Translations under genes and position numbers: made by a program
Assembly: GCA_021159885.1 (NCBI GenBank)
Contig: JAGHDO010000091.1
Span: 318 to 64,317 of the forward strand
Direction of reading: 5' to 3'
Length of the DNA: 64,000 nt
Source of the DNA: Synergistota bacterium
Lineage (GTDB): Bacteria > Synergistota > GBS-1
Shown: positions 43,380 through 51,564 of the stretch, piece after piece
Layout of the letters: each line of letters starts with the position of its first letter
How positions within the stretch are numbered: the stretch's first letter is position 1
Notes under the pieces: model-generated
The model's input: the letters and a program-made list of their open reading frames with translations, nothing else
The model's database searches: none
Told to the model about the DNA's origin: nothing

Positions 43380-44569
43380 ATCTTCTTTGGATAGCTCCCT
43401 ATCTCTTCTATCCCCCCAGAGCGGGAGGACAATTTTCAATCTATCCATGGGCAAAGGAGCTTTCGAGAAGGGGATGGAAGCTCCTTTTAGTTCAATATCA
43501 CTCTCCATGGGGGTTTTTATCTCGCTCTCTGAAGGGATTGGATTGGGCTGAAAATGTCATAACCATTGAGCCTCGAAGATTTCAAAGCAATATGGAGTAT
43601 CTGAGGACGCTAATTCTTTCATCGGACAGCTTTCTGAAAATCAGAAATGATGTCCCGGATATCTACCACAGGCTTAAAGAAGTGACTGAGATTTTTTCTC
43701 CTAACTTTATAGTTTTAAGCCATTCTTATATGGGCTTTCTAATCCCTTCCTTACGCAAGCTTTTTCCGGGGAGCAAGATCTTGATTGATCTTCATAACTT
43801 AGAATGGCGTGCTTATCAGAATGAGCTTTCTGAAGATGATTTCATAAAAAGGGCTATAGCGCTTATAAACTACGTTAGATTGAAGGAGGAAGAGAAAAAG
43901 GCTTTATCATCCTGTGATGGAATTATTTTCCCTTCGCCGATAGAAGGGAAATTCGGTGCTTTCTTTGAAAAGCCAATGCTGTGGAGACCTGCCCGCTTCT
44001 CGGAAGAAGGAATTTTATCTGAAGACGAGCTTTTAAGGAATCGTGATATCCTTCTTACCTCGAGCTTAAACGTGGATTTCATATGTGAGGAAATACTCGA
44101 GTTTTTAGAAAAGGTTTGGCTTAGGTATAAGAGAGTTTTTAGAAACGCTAACTTCTGGTTGGTGGGAAGAGAGCCTTTAAGCTGGTTTAGGGAGAAAGCC
44201 TCTGAGTTCGAAGGTGTTCACCTTACGGGATGGATTGATGATGTTTCTCCTTATGTTAGGAAATCGAGAATTTTTGTAGCTCCTTTTAGGAGAACTATGG
44301 GAAGTCTCACGAAAATTGTAAGTGCATGGTCGTGGGGATTACCGGTGATTACCACAACCATTGTTGCAAGGGGGTTGAAGTGTGAGCCTGGCAAGCATTT
44401 GCTGGTTGGAAGGGATTTGGATGAGCTCTTGGTTTGCTGCTTGAGAGTTGCGAGAGATGACAGGCTTGCTTTAAGTCTGACTAAGGAAGCGCGTGAGCTC
44501 GTGGATAGGGAATATTCTCTTGACGTTTTTATCAACCGTTTTGAAAGGTGGGTGAAGAAACTATCATGA
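43376..44569 (+). CDS. Family 4 glycosyltransferase (start probably non-canonical, upstream of the track ORF)
   Basis: The track ORF starts at TTG 43538. The same frame upstream encodes NLLWIAPYLFYPPRAGGQFSIYPWAKELSRRGWKLLLV, a typical GT4 N-terminus, with no ATG/GTG/TTG back to the stop at 43289. CTG 43376 is preceded by AAGGAAGGTGA. Confidence 0.65.
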   Translation: MNLLWIAPYLFYPPRAGGQFSIYPWAKELSRRGWKLLLVQYHSPWGFLSRSLKGLDWAENVITIEPRRFQSNMEYLRTLILSSDSFLKIRNDVPDIYHRLKEVTEIFSPNFIVLSHSYMGFLIPSLRKLFPGSKILIDLHNLEWRAYQNELSEDDFIKRAIALINYVRLKEEEKKALSSCDGIIFPSPIEGKFGAFFEKPMLWRPARFSEEGILSEDELLRNRDILLTSSLNVDFICEEILEFLEKVWLRYKRVFRNANFWLVGREPLSWFREKASEFEGVHLTGWIDDVSPYVRKSRIFVAPFRRTMGSLTKIVSAWSWGLPVITTTIVARGLKCEPGKHLLVGRDLDELLVCCLRVARDDRLALSLTKEARELVDREYSLDVFINRFERWVKKLS

Positions 44570-45642
44570 TTGTCAAAACTGACTGTAGGTTTTATAGGGG
44601 AGATGTTCCATGTAAGTTTCACAAGGAAGAGGGGGTCCATTGTGAGAATTGTAGATACTATGTCCCGGTTGGGAGAAAATATCTGATAGTAAAGCTTGGC
44701 GCTGCTGGAGATGTTCTAAGAACTACGCCTATATTAAGAGCTATAAGGAAGGATGATTCAGAGGCGGAGATAACCTGGGTTACTTACTATCCGGAGCTCG
44801 TTCCCTCGGGATGGGTTGATAGAATATATAGCTTCGATATGAGGGGTATTGCCTCAGTATTAGCTTCCTCATACGATTATTGTTTTTCCCTGGATAAAGA
44901 CAAGGAGGCGCTATGGCTTGCACGTGAAGCAAAAGCGGAGGTTAAAAGGGGATTCATACCGGATGAGAGAGGGAACGTTTATCCTTTGGATTTTCCCTCA
45001 AGGCTTAAGTGGTTAACTGGTCTTTTCGATGATATCTCTCGTAAAAATGAAAGGAGCTATCTTGAGGAGATTTTTGAGATATGTGGTTACGAGTTTAAGG
45101 GAGAGCGTTACATAATAGAGAGGAAGGAGCTTAAAGAAAAACCTTGGGAGATTTCGAAAGATAAGAAGGTGATAGGTCTAAATACAGGTTGTGGTCCAAG
45201 ATGGAAAGCCCGGGAGTATCCCGAGGAAAATTGGATCGAGCTTGCTAAGCTTCTTATAGCTCATGGATATGAGGTTATACTTCTTGGAGGCCCAGATGAA
45301 AATGATAAAAATAAAAGGATAGCTGAGGAGAGCGGAGCCAGGTACTTTGGGTATTTCCCTATCAAGGTTTTCTTCGAGCTTGTTTCTGAGTGTGATCTTG
45401 TTATTACAGGTGTCACTCTTGCTCTTCATGTGGCTATAGCTCTTGAGAGGAAAATAATATTGCTTAACAACATTTTTAACAAGAATGAATTTGAGCTTTA
45501 TGGCCTCGGAATAGTAATGGAACCCCCCAAGAAGTGCGTTGGCTGTTATAGAAGCTTCTGTGATGAAAAATGCATGGAGCTAATCAAGCCGGAAAGTATA
45601 TTAAGTGAAGTTTTTAGATTAACGTCAGATATTGTGGTATAA
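44548..45642 (+). CDS. Family 9 glycosyltransferase (heptosyltransferase fold) with Cys-rich N- and C-terminal extensions
   Basis: KYLIVKLGAAGDVLRTTPILRAIRK and VIGLNTGCG...LLGGPDE are GT9 hallmarks. It also has C-x8-C-x9-C-x2-C at the N-terminus and C-x2-C-x4-C-x3-C near the C-terminus. The likely start is ATG 44566. Confidence 0.75.
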   Translation: MGEETIMIVKTDCRFYRGDVPCKFHKEEGVHCENCRYYVPVGRKYLIVKLGAAGDVLRTTPILRAIRKDDSEAEITWVTYYPELVPSGWVDRIYSFDMRGIASVLASSYDYCFSLDKDKEALWLAREAKAEVKRGFIPDERGNVYPLDFPSRLKWLTGLFDDISRKNERSYLEEIFEICGYEFKGERYIIERKELKEKPWEISKDKKVIGLNTGCGPRWKAREYPEENWIELAKLLIAHGYEVILLGGPDENDKNKRIAEESGARYFGYFPIKVFFELVSECDLVITGVTLALHVAIALERKIILLNNIFNKNEFELYGLGIVMEPPKKCVGCYRSFCDEKCMELIKPESILSEVFRLTSDIVV

Positions 45643-45643
45643 T
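45635..45643 (+). promoter_or_regulatory. Extended -10 promoter element for the rpsF operon
   Basis: TGGTATAAT (TGnTATAAT) overlaps the GT9 stop codon, about 90 nt upstream of the rpsF start. Confidence 0.45.
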
Positions 45644-45673
45644 TAGCCGTGATGCTATCCTTTTATGTGCCCT

Positions 45674-45698
45674 GCTCCTTCTTCTTAGAGGAGGGAGC
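45674..45698 (+). promoter_or_regulatory. Leader hairpin upstream of rpsF (candidate S6:S18-type autoregulatory leader)
   Basis: The pyrimidine arm GCTCCTTCTTC pairs with the purine arm GAGGAGGGAGC (G-U pairs included). A second purine-rich SD (AGAGGGAGGTG, 45714-45724) serves the TTG start at 45733. Confidence 0.35.
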
Positions 45699-45732
45699 CA
45701 TTTAAGAATGTCCAGAGGGAGGTGCGTTAAAG

Positions 45733-46020
45733 TTGAGGAAATATGAAATGATGGTTATCTTTACGCCCGAGCTTGAGGATGAAGCTTTGAAGGAGGAGGT
45801 TTCAAAGGTTGAGGATTTGATTAAGCGAGAGGAAGGCGAAGTTGAGAAGGTGGATCTTTGGGGAAAGAGAAGGTTGGCTTATCCCATTAAGAAGAAACGG
45901 GAGGGGATCTATGCGGTATTTTACTTTCAGGTAGAGCCCGACAAGCTGAAGGAGATAGACAGGGTGATGAAGATAAACCAGAAGGTGATGAGGTTTATGA
46001 TAGTTAAGAGGGAGGATTGA
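45733..46020 (+). CDS. rpsF: 30S ribosomal protein S6
   Basis: MRKYEMMVIFTPEL... is a canonical S6 N-terminus; 95 aa. Confidence 0.95.
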   Translation: MRKYEMMVIFTPELEDEALKEEVSKVEDLIKREEGEVEKVDLWGKRRLAYPIKKKREGIYAVFYFQVEPDKLKEIDRVMKINQKVMRFMIVKRED

Positions 46021-46024
46021 TTTA

Positions 46025-46453
46025 ATGGCAAGAGGGTATAATAAGGTAATTCTCTTGGGGAACCTCGCTCGGGATCCAGAGCTTCGCTATACGCCTTCGG
46101 GGCAGGCAGTAGCGAGGTTCACGGTAGCAGTTAATAGAAGCTATACTAATAGGGATGGAGCTCAAGTGGATGAAGTTGATTTTATCCCAGTTGTGGTTTG
46201 GGGAAAGCAGGCGGAAAACTGCTCTCAATATCTTACAAAAGGTAGAGCTGTACTGGTTGAAGGGCGATTGAGGGTTAGAAGTTATGAGACCCAGGATGGA
46301 CAGAGAAGGAGAGCGTTCGAAGTAGTAGCTCTAAGAGTTCAGTTTATCGGTGGAGCACCGAGAACCGAGGAGGAAGAGGAATTTTCATCCTTGAGAGATG
46401 AGGCTGATTTTCCTCCTCTTGATAGCAATGGTGAAGATGATATACCATTTTAG
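46025..46453 (+). CDS. ssb: Single-stranded DNA-binding protein
   Basis: OB-fold N-terminus [26 protein letters not shown] and an acidic tail ending DDIPF. Confidence 0.95.
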   Translation: MARGYNKVILLGNLARDPELRYTPSGQAVARFTVAVNRSYTNRDGAQVDEVDFIPVVVWGKQAENCSQYLTKGRAVLVEGRLRVRSYETQDGQRRRAFEVVALRVQFIGGAPRTEEEEEFSSLRDEADFPPLDSNGEDDIPF

Positions 46454-46479
46454 CTTTGAGGAAAGGGGGTAGTCTCTCA

Positions 46480-46704
46480 ATGGCGAGACAGCGTCGTCAG
46501 AGACGTAAGATATGCGCATTTTGCGTTGATGGTATAAAAGAGATAGATTATAAGGATGTTGAACGCTTGAGGAGATATCTTTCTGAAAGGGGGAAGATTT
46601 TGCCAAGGAGGCTTACGGGAAATTGCGCTAAGCATCAAAGACAGCTTACTCGAGCTATAAAGAGAGCTCGAATAATGGCGTTGTTACCATTTGTAGTTGA
46701 ATAG
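46480..46704 (+). CDS. rpsR: 30S ribosomal protein S18
   Basis: [15 protein letters not shown]...[46 protein letters not shown] 46480 follows an AAAGGGGG SD; the track ORF starts earlier at 46456. Confidence 0.95.
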   Translation: MARQRRQRRKICAFCVDGIKEIDYKDVERLRRYLSERGKILPRRLTGNCAKHQRQLTRAIKRARIMALLPFVVE

Positions 46705-46719
46705 CGAAATCATCGTTTA

Positions 46720-47661
46720 ATGCGGGCGAAACCTCTTATTGAGACTTCTCTCTTAATTGCTTTAACTGTTGTTCTTTTCCTGGGAAGCTTCTATATTCCT
46801 CTTCTGGGAATAGCAATAAGTTTCTTTTCGCCTGTGCCGCTTGTAGTTCTGAGCATGAGATATGGCCTGAGACGGGGGATAGGAGGGAGCCTTATAGCTT
46901 CCTTCTTTATTCTTCTTATCGCAGGGCCGTTTCAGGCCTTCTTATTTTTGTTTAATTCCGCTGCTGTTGCTATAGCGGTGGGGTATTTAGTGGGGAAGGG
47001 GTTTAAAGCAAGCGAGGTAATATTTTACGGAACGTTGGTTTCATTGGGGGCTAAGATAACCTTCTTTGGGTTATCGGCTTTGCTTATGGGGATAAATCCC
47101 TTTGAGATGAACCTTAAGTTCATGCAAGATGCTGTAAAAAGCTCTATTGGTATATACGAGAAGCTTGGTGTTAGTGGGGAGGAGCTTTCAACCCTTAAGA
47201 AAAATCTCGGTGAAATGATAGGATACCTGAGGATAGTCTTTCCTGCGGTCATAATAGTTGCTTCTGCGTTTGACACTTTTCTGACTTTTATTGTATCTGG
47301 GTGGGTTTTGAGAAAAAGCGGGGAAAATTTCCCAAGTTTACCACCGCTCTCAGAGTGGAGATTTCCTCGATCCGTATTCTGGGGCCTTGTTGCGGGGATA
47401 GGTTTTTCTCTCGTAGGAGGATATTTATCTAATCCTTATTTAGCACATGCAGGAGCGAATCTCCAGCTTGTTTTTGGTTTTCTATTCATAATTCAGGGGC
47501 TTTCAGTGATTGACTTCCTTATGAAGAGGTTTAACTTTCCAAGAGCTATAAGAGCGCTTTTGATCGTTATTTTCTTCATACAGCCTATTTTGTCAAGGAT
47601 AGCTATGTTTATAGGTATGTTTGATATTCTGGTGGATCTTAGGAGGAGAAGGAGGGGATAG
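46720..47661 (+). CDS. DUF2232 (YybS-like) integral membrane protein
   Basis: 313-aa polytopic membrane protein in the position YybS occupies in Bacillus-type rpsF-ssb-rpsR-yybS-(gdpP)-rplI-dnaB clusters. Confidence 0.7.
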   Translation: MRAKPLIETSLLIALTVVLFLGSFYIPLLGIAISFFSPVPLVVLSMRYGLRRGIGGSLIASFFILLIAGPFQAFLFLFNSAAVAIAVGYLVGKGFKASEVIFYGTLVSLGAKITFFGLSALLMGINPFEMNLKFMQDAVKSSIGIYEKLGVSGEELSTLKKNLGEMIGYLRIVFPAVIIVASAFDTFLTFIVSGWVLRKSGENFPSLPPLSEWRFPRSVFWGLVAGIGFSLVGGYLSNPYLAHAGANLQLVFGFLFIIQGLSVIDFLMKRFNFPRAIRALLIVIFFIQPILSRIAMFIGMFDILVDLRRRRRG

Positions 47662-47663
47662 AT

Positions 47664-48113
47664 GTGAGAGTTATTCTTCTTGAGGATATCCCGAAGCTGG
47701 GTAAGCGAGGGGATGTTGTAAACGTTAAGGATGGGTATGCTCGAAATTACTTAATACCCAAGGGACTGGCGGTTAAAGCAACCGAGGGAGAGATAAGCAA
47801 GCTGAGAGAGGAGGTTTTAAGAAGAAAGGAGAAGGAAGAAAGGAAGAAGAAGGCACTATTAGAGATTAAGGAGGCAATTGATGGTAAAGAAGTTCTTTTA
47901 AGAGCAAAAGCTGGTTCTAAGGGAAAACTCTTTGGATCTATAACCTCGGGTGCTCTCGCTGATGCTATAGCGAATTCACTGAATGTTGAGATAGATAAAA
48001 AGAGCATCGATCTTGAATCTCCTATAAAGGAGGTAGGAGAATACCCCGTAAAGGTGAAGCTTGGTATGGGTATAGAGGCGGAGGTGAAAGTTAAGATAGA
48101 GCCAGAGGAATGA
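47664..48113 (+). CDS. rplI: 50S ribosomal protein L9
   Basis: MRVILLEDIPKLGKRGDVVNVKDGYARNYLIPKGLA. Confidence 0.95.
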   Translation: MRVILLEDIPKLGKRGDVVNVKDGYARNYLIPKGLAVKATEGEISKLREEVLRRKEKEERKKKALLEIKEAIDGKEVLLRAKAGSKGKLFGSITSGALADAIANSLNVEIDKKSIDLESPIKEVGEYPVKVKLGMGIEAEVKVKIEPEE

Positions 48114-49444
48114 TAGAAGAGAGAGTTCCCCCGCAGAATATAGAAGCTGAGCAGTCAGTATTGGGCTCCATACTTATAGATAGTGATGCTTTAGCTCGTG
48201 TGATAGAGATATTAAAGCCAGAGGATTTTTATGAGCCTGCGCATAAGCTTATATACGATGTTATACTGGAACTCTTTGATAGAGGTAGGGCGATAGATCT
48301 GATTACTGTATCCGAAGCCCTTAAAAAGAAGGGAAAGTTTGAAGAGATAGGAGGAATCGATTATTTAACGGAACTTATTCATACCGTTCCCACCGCTGTT
48401 AACGCTGACTACTATGCTCAGATTGTCAAGGAGAAAGCAATTTTGAGAGCTTTAATAAGAGCTGGAACGGAGATAGCGCGTCTTGGGTATGAGGAGGGAA
48501 GGCCTCCTGAGCAGCTGGTTGATGATGCTGAACGAATTCTCTTTGAAATCATAAGGAGAGGCGAGGAGGGAGGATTTAAGCATATAAGCGGGGTTGTTTC
48601 TCCTCTTATAGATGAAATAGAAAGAAGGTATGGAGAAGGTAGAGAGGTTACCGGTGTCCCTTCCGGTTTCTTAGAGCTTGATAGATTGACCTCGGGTTTT
48701 CAGCCCTCCTCTTTAAATATAATAGCTGCTCGCCCCTCTATGGGAAAAACTGCTTTTGCCACAAATATAGCGGTTTTTGCAGCATGTAGAGAAAGAATCC
48801 CGGTAGCGATTTTTAGCTTAGAGATGTCTAAGGAACAGCTTGCTCAAAGGATGCTTAGTGCAGAAGCTCGCATAGATGCGCATAGAATAAGAACGGGTTT
48901 CTTAAGCGATCAGGAATGGAGAAAGCTTGCTGAGGTGGCTGCTCGATTGAGCGAAGCCCCAATTTATATAGATGATACTCCTAACATAAGTATAGCTGAG
49001 ATAAGAGCTCGTTCGAGAAGGCTAAAGGCAGAGGTAAATCTTGGCTTAATCGTGGTAGATTATCTTCAGCTTGTTCAGCTTAGAAGAAGAGTCGAGAATA
49101 AGCAACAGGAGGTTTCAGAGGTATCCCGTTCACTTAAAGCTTTAGCGAGGGAGCTTGATGTTCCTGTTGTTGCTCTTTCTCAGCTTTCCCGGGCAGTTGA
49201 GCAGAGGCAAGATAGAAGACCTCAGCTTTCTGATCTTAGGGATTCTGGAGCTATAGAGCAGGATGCAGATTTGGTTGCCTTTATATATCGTGAGGAGGTT
49301 TATAGAAGCGACGCTGATGCAGGAGTAGCTGAAATAATAATTGGTAAGCATAGAAATGGTCCCGTTGGCACCGTTAAGCTAAGGTTTTTTAAGGAATATA
49401 CTCGCTTTGAAAATCTTATATCTGAAGATGTTATAGATGTTTAA
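48110..49444 (+). CDS. dnaB: Replicative DNA helicase
   Basis: PPQNIEAEQSVLGSIL N-terminus, Walker A ARPSMGKTAF and LIVVDYLQL. Confidence 0.95.
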   Translation: MIEERVPPQNIEAEQSVLGSILIDSDALARVIEILKPEDFYEPAHKLIYDVILELFDRGRAIDLITVSEALKKKGKFEEIGGIDYLTELIHTVPTAVNADYYAQIVKEKAILRALIRAGTEIARLGYEEGRPPEQLVDDAERILFEIIRRGEEGGFKHISGVVSPLIDEIERRYGEGREVTGVPSGFLELDRLTSGFQPSSLNIIAARPSMGKTAFATNIAVFAACRERIPVAIFSLEMSKEQLAQRMLSAEARIDAHRIRTGFLSDQEWRKLAEVAARLSEAPIYIDDTPNISIAEIRARSRRLKAEVNLGLIVVDYLQLVQLRRRVENKQQEVSEVSRSLKALARELDVPVVALSQLSRAVEQRQDRRPQLSDLRDSGAIEQDADLVAFIYREEVYRSDADAGVAEIIIGKHRNGPVGTVKLRFFKEYTRFENLISEDVIDV

Positions 49445-49448
49445 CGTC

Positions 49449-49477
49449 TTGACATAAGGTTAAACAAGGTTTATAAT
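49449..49477 (+). promoter_or_regulatory. Consensus sigma-A promoter of the ctsR-clpC operon
   Basis: TTGACA (49449-49454), exactly 17 nt, TATAAT (49472-49477). Confidence 0.8.
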
Positions 49478-49480
49478 GAA

Positions 49481-49497
49481 GGTCAGAAAAGGTCAAA
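49481..49497 (+). promoter_or_regulatory. CtsR operator (direct heptad repeat)
   Basis: GGTCAGA-AAA-GGTCAAA matches the CtsR box consensus (A/G)GTCAAA-NAN-(A/G)GTCAAA. It lies between the -10 box and the SD, covering the expected transcription start. Confidence 0.8.
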
Positions 49498-49509
49498 GGG
49501 GTGGTGTGA

Positions 49510-50019
49510 ATGGCGAGCCTTGCGAGCCATATAGAAGCTTATATTAAGAGGCTTCTTGAGGAAGCATCTAACGAAGTTATAAGGCTTCAGCGAAGGGAGC
49601 TGGCTCGAAGGTTCGGGTGCGTACCATCTCAAATAAATTATGTTATAAGAACACGTTTTACACCAGAAAGGGGATACATTGTTGAAAGTCAGCGAGGGGG
49701 CGGGGGATATATAAGGATAATAAGGGTTAATCTCCCCTCAGGGGGGAGATTGATGGAAAGCGTCAACTATGAGATAGGAGAAGCTATTGATAGAGGAAGA
49801 GCTCGGCGTCTTATAAATAGACTGACGGAAGATAAGCATATATCTTTGAGGGAGCGTCTCCTTATAGAATCAGCCTTGATGGCGCTTGAGGATATAATGG
49901 ATGAGCTTGGAGATTTCCCCGATTACAGGCATAATATATCAAGAGCCCATATGTTAAAGAGGCTTCTTTCATCTATTTTAGGAGGAGAAGGTGAGAAAGA
50001 TGTTGTGTCAGAGATGTAA
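49510..50019 (+). CDS. ctsR: Class III stress-gene repressor CtsR
   Basis: IEAYIKRLL...RRELARRFGCVPSQINYVIRTRFTPERGYIVESQRGGGGYIRI (HTH plus glycine-rich loop). Confidence 0.9.
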   Translation: MASLASHIEAYIKRLLEEASNEVIRLQRRELARRFGCVPSQINYVIRTRFTPERGYIVESQRGGGGYIRIIRVNLPSGGRLMESVNYEIGEAIDRGRARRLINRLTEDKHISLRERLLIESALMALEDIMDELGDFPDYRHNISRAHMLKRLLSSILGGEGEKDVVSEM

Positions 50020-50509
50020 GCGTAAAGAAGCCACGGTTCACATAACCAGATTTATAGGAGGGAAGAAAGAGGAGCTCCATCTCTGTAGAGATTGTGCAGA
50101 AGAGCTGTTAGGCACGGGGGATTTTTTATCTTTTGACTTTTCTCTTCCTGACCTATTGGGAAGTCTGGTTAAACCAGCTGCATCGCTTTTAGGGGAAGCT
50201 AAGGAACCCATCTTAAAGTGTGCTAAGTGCGGGCTTACTTATGAGGGATTTCAAGAAATAGGGAGACTTGGATGTGCTAATTGCTATAAAACATTCAGAG
50301 GAAAGTTAATTCCACTTTTAAGAAGGATCCACGGTAATACCAAGCATGGAGGAAAGGCGCCTTCCAAGATAGGAAGGAAACTTGACAAAGAAAGGGAGCT
50401 TGAGAAGCTGAGACTTGAACTTGAGAATGCTGTTAGAAAGGAGGAATATGAAAGAGCTGCGGAGATTAGAGACAGAATTAAGGAATTGGAGGGTAAGATA
50501 GCGAAGTGA
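49991..50509 (+). CDS. mcsA: McsA (protein arginine kinase activator; zinc-ribbon plus UVR domain)
   Basis: CQRCKRKEATVH...LCRDCA and CAKCG...GCANCY Cys pairs, with a C-terminal UVR-like EEYERAAEIRDRIKELE. The probable start is ATG 50000. Confidence 0.85.
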   Translation: MRKMLCQRCKRKEATVHITRFIGGKKEELHLCRDCAEELLGTGDFLSFDFSLPDLLGSLVKPAASLLGEAKEPILKCAKCGLTYEGFQEIGRLGCANCYKTFRGKLIPLLRRIHGNTKHGGKAPSKIGRKLDKERELEKLRLELENAVRKEEYERAAEIRDRIKELEGKIAK

Positions 50510-51549
50510 GAGTGAAAGATGTAAGCTTAGAGTGGCTCAAGGGGATAGGTCCAAACTCTAATATTGCTCTTTCAAGCAGAATAAGATTGGCTCGTAACTT
50601 GAGAGATTATCCCTTTCCGTCCGTTGCGAAAAAGAGGGATCTTGAAAGCGTTGTTGACAGAATTAAAGGAATCCTTAGCTTAGATCCTTACTTTAAGGGC
50701 TTTTCTCTGCTAATGCTTGAGAATTTAAGCAGGGTGGAGAGAGAAGCCTTGGTGGAGAAGCATCTCATAAGCCCTGAGCATGCTAAAGGGGGGATAAGGA
50801 AGTCGGGAGCAGTTCTGATAGAGCATGAAGGCGTATTAAGTGTCATGGTAAATGAGGAGGATCACCTAAGGATACAGTGTTTCTTGGGTGGATTGCAGCT
50901 TGGAGAGGTGTGGAGGATAATAGATAGATTTGATTCTATTCTTGAGAAGTATGTGGATTATGCCTTTGATGAGGAATTTGGTTATCTGACTGCTTGCCCG
51001 ACCAATGTTGGTACGGGGCTTAGAGCCTCGGTCATGCTTCATCTACCGGGGCTCGTTATGACGAAGAAGATGGGTAGGGTTGTAGAAGAGCTATCAAAGA
51101 TAGGCTTGACGGTGAGAGGTATCTATGGTGAGGGAACTGAGGCATTGGGTAATCTCTTTCAGCTTTCTAATCAGGTTACACTCGGTCCATCTGAGGAGGA
51201 GATAATAGACAAGCTTGAGAAGATAGCGCTAAGGGTGATAGAGGAGGAGGAGCTTTCTCGCAAGCAACTTCTTAAGGTTAAGGGTATAAAGCTTGAGGAC
51301 TCGATATGGAGAGCTTACGGAGTTTTAAAAAACGCGAGGATAATGACTACTAAGGAAGCCATGGAGCTCCTGTCTCAGGTTAGGATGGGGGTCGATATGG
51401 GTATTCTGCCCCCTGTGGATAAGCGTAAGTTTAACGAGCTTTTAATCTCCATAAGACCTGCGCATTTGCAGCTTTCCACGGGGAGAGAGCTTGTCCCTGA
51501 GGAGAGAGACAGGATGAGGGCGGATCTACTGAGAGGGAGCTTTTCATAA
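50506..51549 (+). CDS. mcsB: Protein arginine kinase McsB
   Basis: Guanido phosphotransferase motifs NEEDHLRIQ and CPTNVGTGLRASVMLHLP. Confidence 0.9.
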   Translation: MRVKDVSLEWLKGIGPNSNIALSSRIRLARNLRDYPFPSVAKKRDLESVVDRIKGILSLDPYFKGFSLLMLENLSRVEREALVEKHLISPEHAKGGIRKSGAVLIEHEGVLSVMVNEEDHLRIQCFLGGLQLGEVWRIIDRFDSILEKYVDYAFDEEFGYLTACPTNVGTGLRASVMLHLPGLVMTKKMGRVVEELSKIGLTVRGIYGEGTEALGNLFQLSNQVTLGPSEEEIIDKLEKIALRVIEEEELSRKQLLKVKGIKLEDSIWRAYGVLKNARIMTTKEAMELLSQVRMGVDMGILPPVDKRKFNELLISIRPAHLQLSTGRELVPEERDRMRADLLRGSFS

Positions 51550-51564
51550 GGAGGTGAATGATGG

